From Candidatus Poseidoniia archaeon (GTDB taxonomy: Archaea > Thermoplasmatota > Poseidoniia > MGIII > CG-Epi1), in assembly GCA_022449785.1 (NCBI GenBank), contig JAKURQ010000006.1:1-47814 (forward strand): a stretch of DNA of 47,814 nt, in the 5' to 3' direction. Positions 29,819 through 39,046 of the stretch are shown in pieces. A model generated the notes under the pieces. It did no database searches. It worked only from the letters and a program-made list of their open reading frames with translations, and had not been told where the DNA came from. The translations under genes were made by a program, and so were the position numbers. The number at the start of each line of letters is the position of its first letter. The stretch's first letter is position 1.

Positions 29819-30467
29819 AACATTGATAGAAAGACTTCAGAAAAGATTAGCAGGAGAATTACCTGGAATTAAGTCATGGGAAAGAATGGCTGTAAAGTCC
29901 CAAAAAGGACAAAGTATTGAAAGTGAAAGCCTCCAGAAATACAGTGACTGGTTAACTAAAGAAAAATTGTCTGTAATGAAAAAGGCAGCTGTATTAATTG
30001 GATTATTCCAAAGGGATGGTGAATGGTATTTTCCATTAATAAAGAGGCCAATGCATGAAAAAAACCATCCAGGTCAAATTGCCCTTCCAGGAGGTGCAAT
30101 GGAACAAGATGAAACCCTTGAAACTACAGCTATAAGAGAAGCATTTGAAGAAGTTGGAATAACGCCTAATGATGTTGAAATAATAGGTGAAATGACACCT
30201 TTACCTGTTCCAGTTTCAAATTATGTAATATCTCCATTTGTAGGAATAATAAATAAAGAACCTAAATGGAAAATTAATAAGGATGAAGTTGAAGAACTTA
30301 TAATACTGAAATTAGACGATCTAATTAGTGCAGATAATGGCTATTCAGAAGATTGGAATCTAAGAGGTAACCAAGTTAAGGTACCAATTTTCAAATTAAT
30401 GGATAAAACAATATGGGGAGCTACAGCCACTGTATTGTGCGAATTGATTGACCTAATCAAAGAATGA
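29805..30467 (+). CDS. Nudix CoA pyrophosphatase; start uncertain
   Basis: AAVLI, HPGQIALPGG, Nudix box ...AIREAFEEVG, IWGATA. Confidence 0.87.
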   Translation: MQQSETLIERLQKRLAGELPGIKSWERMAVKSQKGQSIESESLQKYSDWLTKEKLSVMKKAAVLIGLFQRDGEWYFPLIKRPMHEKNHPGQIALPGGAMEQDETLETTAIREAFEEVGITPNDVEIIGEMTPLPVPVSNYVISPFVGIINKEPKWKINKDEVEELIILKLDDLISADNGYSEDWNLRGNQVKVPIFKLMDKTIWGATATVLCELIDLIKE

Positions 30468-31370
30468 ATTAATTGGTTCTACAAGATAAGTTGAGAACAA
30501 ATCTCCAAAAAATGCAGTAGCAAAGAAAGCTAATGTTAATGGAATTATATACGGTATCTTGAATGATATCCAAGGTTCAGTAATCCCTTTTTCCTCTAAT
30601 TTATTCCATTGTGATTCTGAATCTACTTTCTGCTTAACAAAAGTAACTAAAATTGGTTTCTCCCCAACAATTTGTTGCATTGGCCAGACGAAACTTTCAC
30701 GTGCTTTGTCCAAAGGCATTTTAGTCCCAAAAAAAATCTGGAAATAGGGTTTTTCAATATTACCTTTAATTAAATTATAAACGGCCAAAGCAAGAGGAAT
30801 GGCCAAATAAAGTAAAAGTGAATTCATAAAAACAACAAAAGGATAAGGAAAACCACGGGTATCGAAAGCCATCATTGGATTATCACGTATTGAGAAAGTA
30901 AAAGGAACAACTAAGCCTATAGTCATTATTGCTTTTACATCAGCACCTCCTATTGTGGGTCCAAAATAGAACCAAACATACATCAGTATCATTAAAACAG
31001 AGATTGCTAAAACATCGAGTAATTTGTAGTTGTCATAAGAGACTTCTTCGGAATCAACCTTAATGAAAAAATATATTGCTGAAACTATTGCCAAAATTTG
31101 TGTAGCCTGCCAAACCATAACTTGATTGGCATCAAGAACATACTCATCAACGAATGCATTATAGAACAAGACAATTGTTGCAAAAATAAGAGCCCAAATA
31201 TGATAATCCCATTCTTCAGCAGACATTTCATAAATTAATAGTAAAGAAGCCAAACTCCCTGAAACAAGCCAAACTTGATTCGGGACACGACGAGTCATTA
31301 AATCTGTCCAGGACCCATAACAAAGCATTGAAGCTCCAAGAAAAAAACGAATCCAATCAAGTAATTCCAT
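30453..31370 (-). CDS. A24 family prepilin/prearchaellin peptidase (FlaK/PibD-like)
   Basis: Polytopic membrane protein; catalytic Asp motifs WTDLMTRRVPN and GGADVKA; C-terminal WISFKIPYIIPL. Confidence 0.85.
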   Translation of the reverse strand: MELLDWIRFFLGASMLCYGSWTDLMTRRVPNQVWLVSGSLASLLLIYEMSAEEWDYHIWALIFATIVLFYNAFVDEYVLDANQVMVWQATQILAIVSAIYFFIKVDSEEVSYDNYKLLDVLAISVLMILMYVWFYFGPTIGGADVKAIMTIGLVVPFTFSIRDNPMMAFDTRGFPYPFVVFMNSLLLYLAIPLALAVYNLIKGNIEKPYFQIFFGTKMPLDKARESFVWPMQQIVGEKPILVTFVKQKVDSESQWNKLEEKGITEPWISFKIPYIIPLTLAFFATAFFGDLFSTYLVEPINSFFD

Positions 31371-31420
31371 ATTTGTCCAATAATAAGGGCTATTAATTTG
31401 TCTTCTTTCATAAAATCATT

Positions 31421-33130
31421 TTGAAAAAGTTAATTATAGATGCATGTTCACCTAAAACAGTGGATATAACAGAACAATTCCTGCCAAGTGAGAAATTTCT
31501 CAAAAAATATGACGATGTTACGGTCGATAGGAAATCCGGATTCTCTATTGTTGTAACCAATTTACGTATATTCATAGCAAACCAGTCTGAATTATGGGAC
31601 ATACAGACTGACAAAATAGACTATCTGGGAAGGACATTCATTCCTAGGTTTTCGTGGTGGTGGCAGCTTCTTTTCATACCTTTAGCAATGATTAGCGTTT
31701 CTAATCCTCTGTTTTTTGGGTTATTTCTACTTTTATCTGTTGCTAGACAATTTGTTAGAATTGAAGCTTTGATTATTGGAATTTATTCAAAGGAATGGAA
31801 GATAAGCAAAGATAATACAACACTTGATCAAATAGTCGAAAATATACGTGCAAATTCAATTGTGGGATTAAAGAGAAGTGATGGTAAACAAATCTTGGAT
31901 GCAGATTCAGTTGATGAGGAAATTACAGGGTTGGAATTAGATTTAGTTGGTGAAAATGAATCTAGAGTATTAAAAATGGCATGGACTTTTGCAATTTTGT
32001 CATTCTTTTCATATTACATGGGTTCTTTTCGTATAGGTACTGGATTTTGGACGTTTCTTTTTGCTGCCACATCTTTCGGATTTTTCGTATTACATCGTGA
32101 TAAAAGAAAAACCAACGAATTCAGAAATGTTAAAGCAAAAAATGGATGGACTTTGCAAGCCTGGATAGCTATTCTTAATTTCATGAAAATCCAATTCATA
32201 GAGGCTAAATGGTCTTTCAAAGTATTTGACACTGTAATTGATGTAAAAAAATTAGGTTATCAATTATGTTGTGTCTGCCTTTTCTTAGGATTATTATTTA
32301 CACATACTCAGGCCAGTATGATTCCATTGCTTCAAAGCATCTGTATTGGTATTCCTCTTTATCTTACTGGAAAAGTCTTAGCAGGAATTCCAAGAGAAAA
32401 ATGGCGAATGGCCCTACGAACAACAGGGGCTGCATTCATTGCATTAATTATTGTATGGCCTTGTTTAGCACTAATACCATTGTACGAAACCTCATCAGTT
32501 ATGATTCCAAAAGAACACATCCAGGGCGATTCTGGTAATGGCTGGAAAAGTGTAATGAATGAATATGATGAATATGGATTAGGATTAGCCTCAAGCTCCT
32601 TTGTTCTTTATGCAGATGATGGCATGGATGAAGAGGAAAATCAGGATGGCTATCCTGCATTATTGTTTGTAGTAGCAATAAAAGTTCCATTTAATCTTGA
32701 AGAAGAAAATATGTTAAGTGTATTGGACGAACAATTTAAAGAAATGGCAATCGATCAAGAAATTGATTTAGATACTCAAATAGAACAAGGAAGTCGGGTT
32801 ACGACTCAGGGTTATAGTACTCAATACTCAATTTATAATGGAACTGCAAAAACGGAAGAATTTGGATTTGGGGACTTTACTAGAAGTGTAACTAAGGGCT
32901 CTGAGAGTAGATATATTGGAGAAGTTTGGAAAGCTCCAGAACACAATCTAATTGTTGTGGCAATGGGTATAGCAATAATTTCTGAAGAAGAAATTAATGA
33001 TCAAACAGGAATAGAACCTATTGATGACATTATAGATATTATACCAAATAACCCTAATGATACTATTGACACACAGAATTGGGAAGAATTACAGAATCTT
33101 ATACTCGAAACTATGTGCTATAATAGTTAG
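31421..33130 (+). CDS. Multi-pass membrane hypothetical protein with acidic C-terminal soluble domain
   Basis: 569-aa ORF with about 7 hydrophobic segments; N-terminal VVTNLRIFI resembles bacterial PH-like domains. Confidence 0.7.
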   Translation: MKKLIIDACSPKTVDITEQFLPSEKFLKKYDDVTVDRKSGFSIVVTNLRIFIANQSELWDIQTDKIDYLGRTFIPRFSWWWQLLFIPLAMISVSNPLFFGLFLLLSVARQFVRIEALIIGIYSKEWKISKDNTTLDQIVENIRANSIVGLKRSDGKQILDADSVDEEITGLELDLVGENESRVLKMAWTFAILSFFSYYMGSFRIGTGFWTFLFAATSFGFFVLHRDKRKTNEFRNVKAKNGWTLQAWIAILNFMKIQFIEAKWSFKVFDTVIDVKKLGYQLCCVCLFLGLLFTHTQASMIPLLQSICIGIPLYLTGKVLAGIPREKWRMALRTTGAAFIALIIVWPCLALIPLYETSSVMIPKEHIQGDSGNGWKSVMNEYDEYGLGLASSSFVLYADDGMDEEENQDGYPALLFVVAIKVPFNLEEENMLSVLDEQFKEMAIDQEIDLDTQIEQGSRVTTQGYSTQYSIYNGTAKTEEFGFGDFTRSVTKGSESRYIGEVWKAPEHNLIVVAMGIAIISEEEINDQTGIEPIDDIIDIIPNNPNDTIDTQNWEELQNLILETMCYNS

Positions 33131-33291
33131 CCTTCTTTAGACAAATCAGATATTAGAGGAAAAGAAACAAAGTCTCCCTCCCAGCGGACTTCTGCATCTT
33201 CGTCAATTAGTCCTGCATCAACCAATTTCCCCATCATCATCTCTGCATGCTCTTTAGGAACTTTCATGTACTGTCTTTCGTCTTCACTCAT
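33127..33291 (-). CDS. 54-aa protein resembling a stand-alone Trm5 N-terminal (D1) domain
   Basis: Manual translation MSEDERQYMKVPKEHAEMMMGKLVDAGLIDEDAEVRWEGDFVSFPLISDLSKEG*; starts 1 bp after the ALDH stop and fills the gap exactly. Confidence 0.7.
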   Translation of the reverse strand: MSEDERQYMKVPKEHAEMMMGKLVDAGLIDEDAEVRWEGDFVSFPLISDLSKEG

Positions 33292-33292
33292 G

Positions 33293-34804
33293 TTATCCAA
33301 ATTCTATTCCCTGTGCTAAAGGTAAATCATCAGACCAATTAAGTGTATTGGTCTGTCTCCTCATGTATATCTTCCAAGAATCTGAGCCTGCCTCTCGCCC
33401 ACCGCCTGTATCCTTTTCACCACCAAATGCGCCACCAATTTCTGCACCACTGGTTCCAATATTTACATTAGCAATTCCGCAATCACTTCCTGCATGTGAA
33501 AGGAAATTTTCTACAGATTGCATATCTCTAGTAAAGATTGAGGAGGATAAGCCTTGATCGACTGAATTGTGCATTGAAATAGCTTCATTTAAATTCTCAA
33601 ATTCAAAAAGATACAGAATTGGAGCAAAAGTTTCTTCACGTGTAATTTCCATTTTGTTGTGGGCCTTAACTAGAGTTGGTTCAACAAAGAAACCGGGCCT
33701 ATCCAGCTTGTTTCCTCCATACAAAATTTCACCCTTTTCCTTTTTAATAATTTTCAGTGCTGCTTCGTAATCATTTACGGCACCACCATCCACCAAAGGA
33801 CCCATTATGGTGTCTGGATTAAGTGGATTGCCTATTTTTACTTGAGAATAAGCATCCACTAAACGTTGAGTGATATCTTTTGAAATATCTTTGTGTAAGA
33901 ATAAGCGTCTCGTACTTGTACACCTTTGCCCAGTAGTCCCTACTGCTCCAAATACAACAGCTCTAAGAACTAATTCTGGATCTGCATCAGGCATTACAAT
34001 TATTCCATTGTTACCTCCTAACTCAAGCAAGGAACGACCTAGTCTCTTAGAAACAGCTCCACCTATCTTACGACCCATATTACAAGAACCTGTTGCAGAA
34101 ATCAGTGGTGCTCTTCTGTCATGTACTAACATTTCTCCAACATCTCTGCTTGATCCAACTAAAAGTGACATTACGCCATTCCAGCCCAATGGTTCTAAGA
34201 CGCGATTAACTATTTTTTGAATGGCTATTGCTGTAAGTGGAGTTTTAGAAGACGGCTTCCAAACCATTACATCACCACAAACTGCAGCAATCATTGCATT
34301 CCAAGCCCAAACTGCTCCTGGGAAATTGAAAGCGGTAACAATTCCAACTATTCCTAAAGGGTGCCATTGCTCATACATTCTATGATTTGGACGCTCTGAA
34401 TGCATTGTTTTGCCGTATAATTGACGACTTAGACCTACTGCATAATCTGCAATATCTATCATTTCCTGGACTTCACCTTCACCTTCTGCCTGAATTTTAC
34501 CCATCTCCCAAGAAATTAGTTTACCAAGAGAGACTTTGTACTTTCTAAATTCGTTGGCTAAGAGCCTGACAACTTCCCCTCGCTTAGGGGCTGGCTCCAT
34601 TCTCCACCTTGTGAAAACATTAGATGCATCTTGCATTATTTTTTCATAATCTCCAGAATCACACTGTTGAATACTGGCAATTTTACTTCCATCTGCAGGC
34701 GCAATAGATTCTAATTCATTACCTGAACCTAACCATTCTGTAGAAAAACCACCTAAATTAACATCTTCAATACCTAACTCACTAAGAAAATCAAGCTTAC
34801 TCAT
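33293..34804 (-). CDS. Aldehyde dehydrogenase family 7 (aminoadipate-semialdehyde / piperideine-6-carboxylate dehydrogenase-like)
   Basis: GEVQEMIDI, TAFNFP, LELGGNN, GQRCT, EETFAPILY, GAEIGGAFGGEKDTGGGRE. Confidence 0.92.
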   Translation of the reverse strand: MSKLDFLSELGIEDVNLGGFSTEWLGSGNELESIAPADGSKIASIQQCDSGDYEKIMQDASNVFTRWRMEPAPKRGEVVRLLANEFRKYKVSLGKLISWEMGKIQAEGEGEVQEMIDIADYAVGLSRQLYGKTMHSERPNHRMYEQWHPLGIVGIVTAFNFPGAVWAWNAMIAAVCGDVMVWKPSSKTPLTAIAIQKIVNRVLEPLGWNGVMSLLVGSSRDVGEMLVHDRRAPLISATGSCNMGRKIGGAVSKRLGRSLLELGGNNGIIVMPDADPELVLRAVVFGAVGTTGQRCTSTRRLFLHKDISKDITQRLVDAYSQVKIGNPLNPDTIMGPLVDGGAVNDYEAALKIIKKEKGEILYGGNKLDRPGFFVEPTLVKAHNKMEITREETFAPILYLFEFENLNEAISMHNSVDQGLSSSIFTRDMQSVENFLSHAGSDCGIANVNIGTSGAEIGGAFGGEKDTGGGREAGSDSWKIYMRRQTNTLNWSDDLPLAQGIEFG

Positions 34805-34882
34805 AAATCACTTATTTAAAGGCAAAATAAAGAGGTTAGCCTGCACTATTCTCTTTTAATCAGACCCTTAATACAGATTATA

Positions 34883-35554
34883 ATGAAGTCATCAAGACCT
34901 GAACTTCAAGGGTACGACTCCGAACAAATTGAGATGATGGAGGAAAATTGTATTCTTGTTGATGAAGAAGATAATATAATTGGAAAAGATTCAAAGGTTA
35001 ATTGTCATCTAGGTGAGGGTAAATTGCATAGAGCTTTTAGTGTTCTTCTGTTTAATAGTTCAGGAAAATTACTGATTCAAAAAAGAGCTAGGGAGAAAAT
35101 AACCTTTCCATCAATATGGGCTAATAGTTGCTGTAGTCATCCTTTACACACTGAAACTGAAATTAATGGCGTAGACGGTGCTAAAAGAGCTGCTAAAAGA
35201 AAAATGGAACAAGAACTTGGAATTAATCCAAAAGAAATTGACTTGGATAAACTGAACTATATTACTAAAATGAGATATAAAGCGAGAGCTGATAAAAAAT
35301 GGATTGAATATGAGATTGATTATATTTTTGCAATAAAATGTGATGTTGAGATTAACCCAAACCAAATTGAAATAGAGGATACAAAATACGTTAATCCTGA
35401 TGAATTAGAAAATATTTTCCAAGACGGAGAATCTAAGATCGGGCCTTGGTTTAGAATAATAAAGGAAAACTTTTTGAATGACATTTGGAAGTCATTGGAT
35501 TGCTTGGAAGAGGTTGGGGACAAAAAATTACATCATATGGGAGATTGTGAATGA
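34883..35554 (+). CDS. idi: Isopentenyl-diphosphate delta-isomerase, type 1
   Basis: LHRAFSVLLFN, QKRAREKITFP, NSCCSHP (Cys), EYEIDY (Glu), PWF. Confidence 0.95.
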   Translation: MKSSRPELQGYDSEQIEMMEENCILVDEEDNIIGKDSKVNCHLGEGKLHRAFSVLLFNSSGKLLIQKRAREKITFPSIWANSCCSHPLHTETEINGVDGAKRAAKRKMEQELGINPKEIDLDKLNYITKMRYKARADKKWIEYEIDYIFAIKCDVEINPNQIEIEDTKYVNPDELENIFQDGESKIGPWFRIIKENFLNDIWKSLDCLEEVGDKKLHHMGDCE

Positions 35555-36531
35555 ATCTAAAAGAAAAACTAGCAATTAAGGCAAAACCAATCAATAAAGC
35601 ACTTGAAGAGTACCTAAAAGTCAGAGAGCCTGAAAAACTCTACAAAGCAAGTGCTCACATCCCCTTAGCTGGCGGTAAGAGACTGAGACCTGTAATGGCT
35701 ATGATTACATGTGAGATGGTTGGTGGTGATTCTGTGAAAGCAATCCCTTTTGCTGCAGCCTTAGAAGCAATACACAACTTTACTCTTGTACATGATGATG
35801 TAATGGATGATGATGACTTGAGGCACGGAGTGGATGCATGTCATACCATATATGGACTTTCAACTGCGATTTTAGCTGGAGACACTTTGTTTGCATATGC
35901 CTTCGAAATGATTACGGACTGCGACATTGATGATCGTGTTAAAGCAGATTTGGTGAAAAATGTAGCATACATCGTCCGGAAAATTGCAGAAGGGCAGCAA
36001 ATGGATATAAATTTTGAAGATGAAGAAACTGTAGATGCTAAAGAATACTTAGAGATGATTCGCCTCAAAACTTCTATTTTGTTTGGCGCTGCAGCTTATG
36101 GTGGAGCCAAAATAGGAGGTACTTCTGAGGAAGAAGCTCGAGAATTAGAGATGATGGCAACCAATGTAGGACTTGGATTTCAAATCTGGGATGATTATTT
36201 GGATGCAACAGCTACTGAAGAAATATTAGGAAAACCTTCAGGATCAGACATAAGACAAGGAAAAAGAACTCTACTAGTTATCGAAGCACTTAATCGAGCG
36301 AATGCTAATGATCGTGAAAGACTTATAGAAATTTTAGACTCAAAAAATACAGATGAAGAGGTAGCTGAAGCCGTGGAGATTATGGATCGATGTGGGGCTT
36401 TAGAAGAATGTCACAAACAAGCTAATGGATATCTTGAGGGTGCACGTAATACACTATCTAATTATCCTGAAAGTGAAGCTCGCCAATTATTTGAAGAATT
36501 ATTAGAATATATGGTTACAAGAGGGCATTAG
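35551..36531 (+). CDS. idsA: Geranylgeranyl diphosphate synthase (polyprenyl synthetase)
   Basis: GGKRLRP; FARM HNFTLVHDDVMD with Phe at -5 (short-chain, archaeal GGPPS type); GQQMD, KT, FQIWDDYLD. Confidence 0.92.
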   Translation: MNLKEKLAIKAKPINKALEEYLKVREPEKLYKASAHIPLAGGKRLRPVMAMITCEMVGGDSVKAIPFAAALEAIHNFTLVHDDVMDDDDLRHGVDACHTIYGLSTAILAGDTLFAYAFEMITDCDIDDRVKADLVKNVAYIVRKIAEGQQMDINFEDEETVDAKEYLEMIRLKTSILFGAAAYGGAKIGGTSEEEARELEMMATNVGLGFQIWDDYLDATATEEILGKPSGSDIRQGKRTLLVIEALNRANANDRERLIEILDSKNTDEEVAEAVEIMDRCGALEECHKQANGYLEGARNTLSNYPESEARQLFEELLEYMVTRGH

Positions 36532-36533
36532 TC

Positions 36534-37952
36534 ATGAGTGATTCTGATGACTCTTGGAGCTCTAGTGTAATTAACGAACAATTGCGTAAGAGACTAGAAA
36601 CGCACAACTCTGCAAAGGTGACGAACCTCAATTCACAGCCATGTATTGCAGTAAATATGCCACGTGAGAAAACCCTTACCTTTGATGGAGATGCTGGAGA
36701 TAATTTTGGAGGAATGAATAATGGAACTAATATTGTTCTAAATGGTGATGCGGGTCGATTTGTTGGAAATGGAATGAATAGTGGTGAGATTATCATAAAT
36801 GGAAATTGTGAAGATGGAGTAGGTCATTGCCTTTCAGGTGGTATGATTGTGGTACAAGGATCTGTAGATGGCAATGTAGGCCCTTCTATGAAAGGAGGCG
36901 ATTTGATAATTTCTGGAGATGTCCGTGGAGATTTAGCCACATGTATGAGTGGTGGAAGTTTAATTGTCTGCGGAAATGTTTTAGGAGATATTAGTAAGAT
37001 GCAAACGGGAGGAAAAGTATTTGTTGGCGGAGAAATAGATGAGAATCCAAATATTATTGCTAAAAATATAGCTCCTGCTGATTGGAAAGCTGTTCAAAAA
37101 ACACTTAGAGATTATGGTGTAGACCCAAATGGTCTAAACTTTAGAAGTATAGATACAAATTTCAAGGCCGTAGGAAAACAGCCTACTGAAGAAATTGGTA
37201 AGTCAATAAGTGACACTATTACATTGCTTCATGCTAAGCTTAGTAGAAGGCCAAGAACCGTTAACTTAGATGAAATCAATATGTCTTTATCTATTGGGAA
37301 TAATAAAGAAGAGCCTCTAAATTTAACAATACCACTTTTGTGGACTGGAAACAATGCACCAACATATTCAATCTGGGGAATAAATGAAAAATCGCCAACG
37401 AATCTTGATTCAGCCAATATGGCTATAATTGACCTAAGTACTACTGAAATAAATCGAAGACTTGATATGAAAAGGCCTACAGACTTAGCATTTACTGTAG
37501 AATTAATAAGGCAGAGCACTTCCAAAAGAATACCTATAATGATTAAGTTAAAAGCCGGCGATGTGGAAAACGATCTAAGTATTATTACTAAATCTGGTGC
37601 AGATGGAGTTATATTAACAAATGGTGAAATGCCAATAGAAGCTGCAATTACTGCTGCTAGACCTCACAAAGATAACCTGACGATTTTAGCCTCTTGTAAA
37701 GAATTAGATTGTCGATTTGCTGCAAAAATAATTGCATTGGGAGCTTCAGGCCTATTTTTGGATGGCGAATGTCAAAGTGCAAAACTAAAAACATTTGGTA
37801 GCGACCTCGCCAAAACTATTGGATCACTGGGCGTTGGTAACATAAGTGATTTGAGTAGTGATAATCTCCGAACAACCGATCAGAATACTGCAGCAATGAC
37901 TGGTGTTGCAATAGCTGGGTATGATTCTGTTTTACCTATGTGGCGACATTAA
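36534..37952 (+). CDS. GXGXG beta-helix (GltB-3/FwdC-like) fused to a degenerate glutamate-synthase FMN barrel
   Basis: 19-aa Gly-rich repeats (GDAGRFVGNGMNSGEIIING); IPIMIKL, SGADGVIL, AKIIALGA, DNLR, AAMTGVAIAG. Confidence 0.75.
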   Translation: MSDSDDSWSSSVINEQLRKRLETHNSAKVTNLNSQPCIAVNMPREKTLTFDGDAGDNFGGMNNGTNIVLNGDAGRFVGNGMNSGEIIINGNCEDGVGHCLSGGMIVVQGSVDGNVGPSMKGGDLIISGDVRGDLATCMSGGSLIVCGNVLGDISKMQTGGKVFVGGEIDENPNIIAKNIAPADWKAVQKTLRDYGVDPNGLNFRSIDTNFKAVGKQPTEEIGKSISDTITLLHAKLSRRPRTVNLDEINMSLSIGNNKEEPLNLTIPLLWTGNNAPTYSIWGINEKSPTNLDSANMAIIDLSTTEINRRLDMKRPTDLAFTVELIRQSTSKRIPIMIKLKAGDVENDLSIITKSGADGVILTNGEMPIEAAITAARPHKDNLTILASCKELDCRFAAKIIALGASGLFLDGECQSAKLKTFGSDLAKTIGSLGVGNISDLSSDNLRTTDQNTAAMTGVAIAGYDSVLPMWRH

Positions 37953-38488
37953 GACTTCATTTGTGAAGAGCGTAAATAAGCCCAAGTAGAAATTGAAGTC
38001 AATAAAGCTGAAACAGTCATTACCGTTTCATATTTATCCCAACTTGTAGCGATTATTACTAAAGAAACCAAACCAATAATTCCGGCCCAAAATTTTGCTT
38101 TATCTGGATCGTCGGTGAAAAAAGAATGATTCTTTCCAGACATAAAAACCCAGATTGTAATGAAAACCATAGCGGATATCAAAATTGATGTTGAAAGGGC
38201 TCCACTTGTATTACTAATATTAGTATTTGGGCTAAGTATTGGAATATCCATCTTTTGATGAATTACAAGAACAAGATAAACCACAAGTGCTCCATAACCT
38301 ACTCCTGCAATCAAGTAAAGCATACCTCTTTGAGAATCTTCGTCACTTGTTCCATTAGTCCAAGTTTCTGCGGATGAAGAAGTTTTAGTTAATTCTGATT
38401 CGTTTTCACGACGGATTTCTTCAGTAGATTCTTCTTCCTCTAATTCTTGTCCTGGCAAGGAACCGTCAATATCCAAATCATCCATCAA
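37949..38488 (-). CDS. Membrane protein with acidic N-terminus and ~4 TM helices
   Basis: Hydrophobic segments; 4-nt overlap with the upstream regulator. Confidence 0.7.
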   Translation of the reverse strand: MMDDLDIDGSLPGQELEEEESTEEIRRENESELTKTSSSAETWTNGTSDEDSQRGMLYLIAGVGYGALVVYLVLVIHQKMDIPILSPNTNISNTSGALSTSILISAMVFITIWVFMSGKNHSFFTDDPDKAKFWAGIIGLVSLVIIATSWDKYETVMTVSALLTSISTWAYLRSSQMKS

Positions 38489-38991
38489 TCTTCCTCCTTT
38501 AATGGAACTATATTATGGCCCTTGAAATCAAATTCAACGGAACGGCGCACTAAGCCTTTCAGTGTTAAGGAACTGACGCCTAAATCTCTAGAAACATCAT
38601 TAGCAAACGTTCCTTCGGAACCAATCAATTCTACTATCTTTGCTTCGTATTCTTTGAATTTCTTTTCTGGCATTAATACCACTGTCAGAAGTTCTTGAGT
38701 TTCATCAAAGGTTAAAGATGTTGAAATTTGAAAAGCATTGTAAAAAGTTCGATAACCTTTCTCTGGACGCCCACTCTCATTATTAACTTCCCACCTTGAT
38801 TCAACTAATTTGAATTTCTCAAAGTAGGTTATTGCTGCGTATGCACCCTCACCATGCTTAGATACCAAATCACTAATCATCGTCCAACCTTCGGCTAGTG
38901 TAGTGAGTACATCACGTCTTTCTTTAGAATCAACTGCTCTAAAAAGTGCCACTAACTCGGCAGGGTCATTAATGAGTTTTACGCGTTTCAT
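38485..38991 (-). CDS. Archaeal ArsR-like winged-helix regulator (COG4860-like)
   Basis: KLINDPAELVALF, LVESRW, PEKGYRTFY, LKGLVRRS; AGGAGA SD upstream. Confidence 0.78.
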   Translation of the reverse strand: MKRVKLINDPAELVALFRAVDSKERRDVLTTLAEGWTMISDLVSKHGEGAYAAITYFEKFKLVESRWEVNNESGRPEKGYRTFYNAFQISTSLTFDETQELLTVVLMPEKKFKEYEAKIVELIGSEGTFANDVSRDLGVSSLTLKGLVRRSVEFDFKGHNIVPLKEED

Positions 38992-39046
38992 CTTTACTAT
39001 AATCTCCTATACAACATTCCCTATAAAATAGCAGTATGCACCCTTC

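Noticed and set aside
36534-37952. Calling this gene gltB, fwdC or IDI-2
   Set aside because: No amidotransferase domain, Fe-S motif or IDI-2 motifs, and no other fwd genes.
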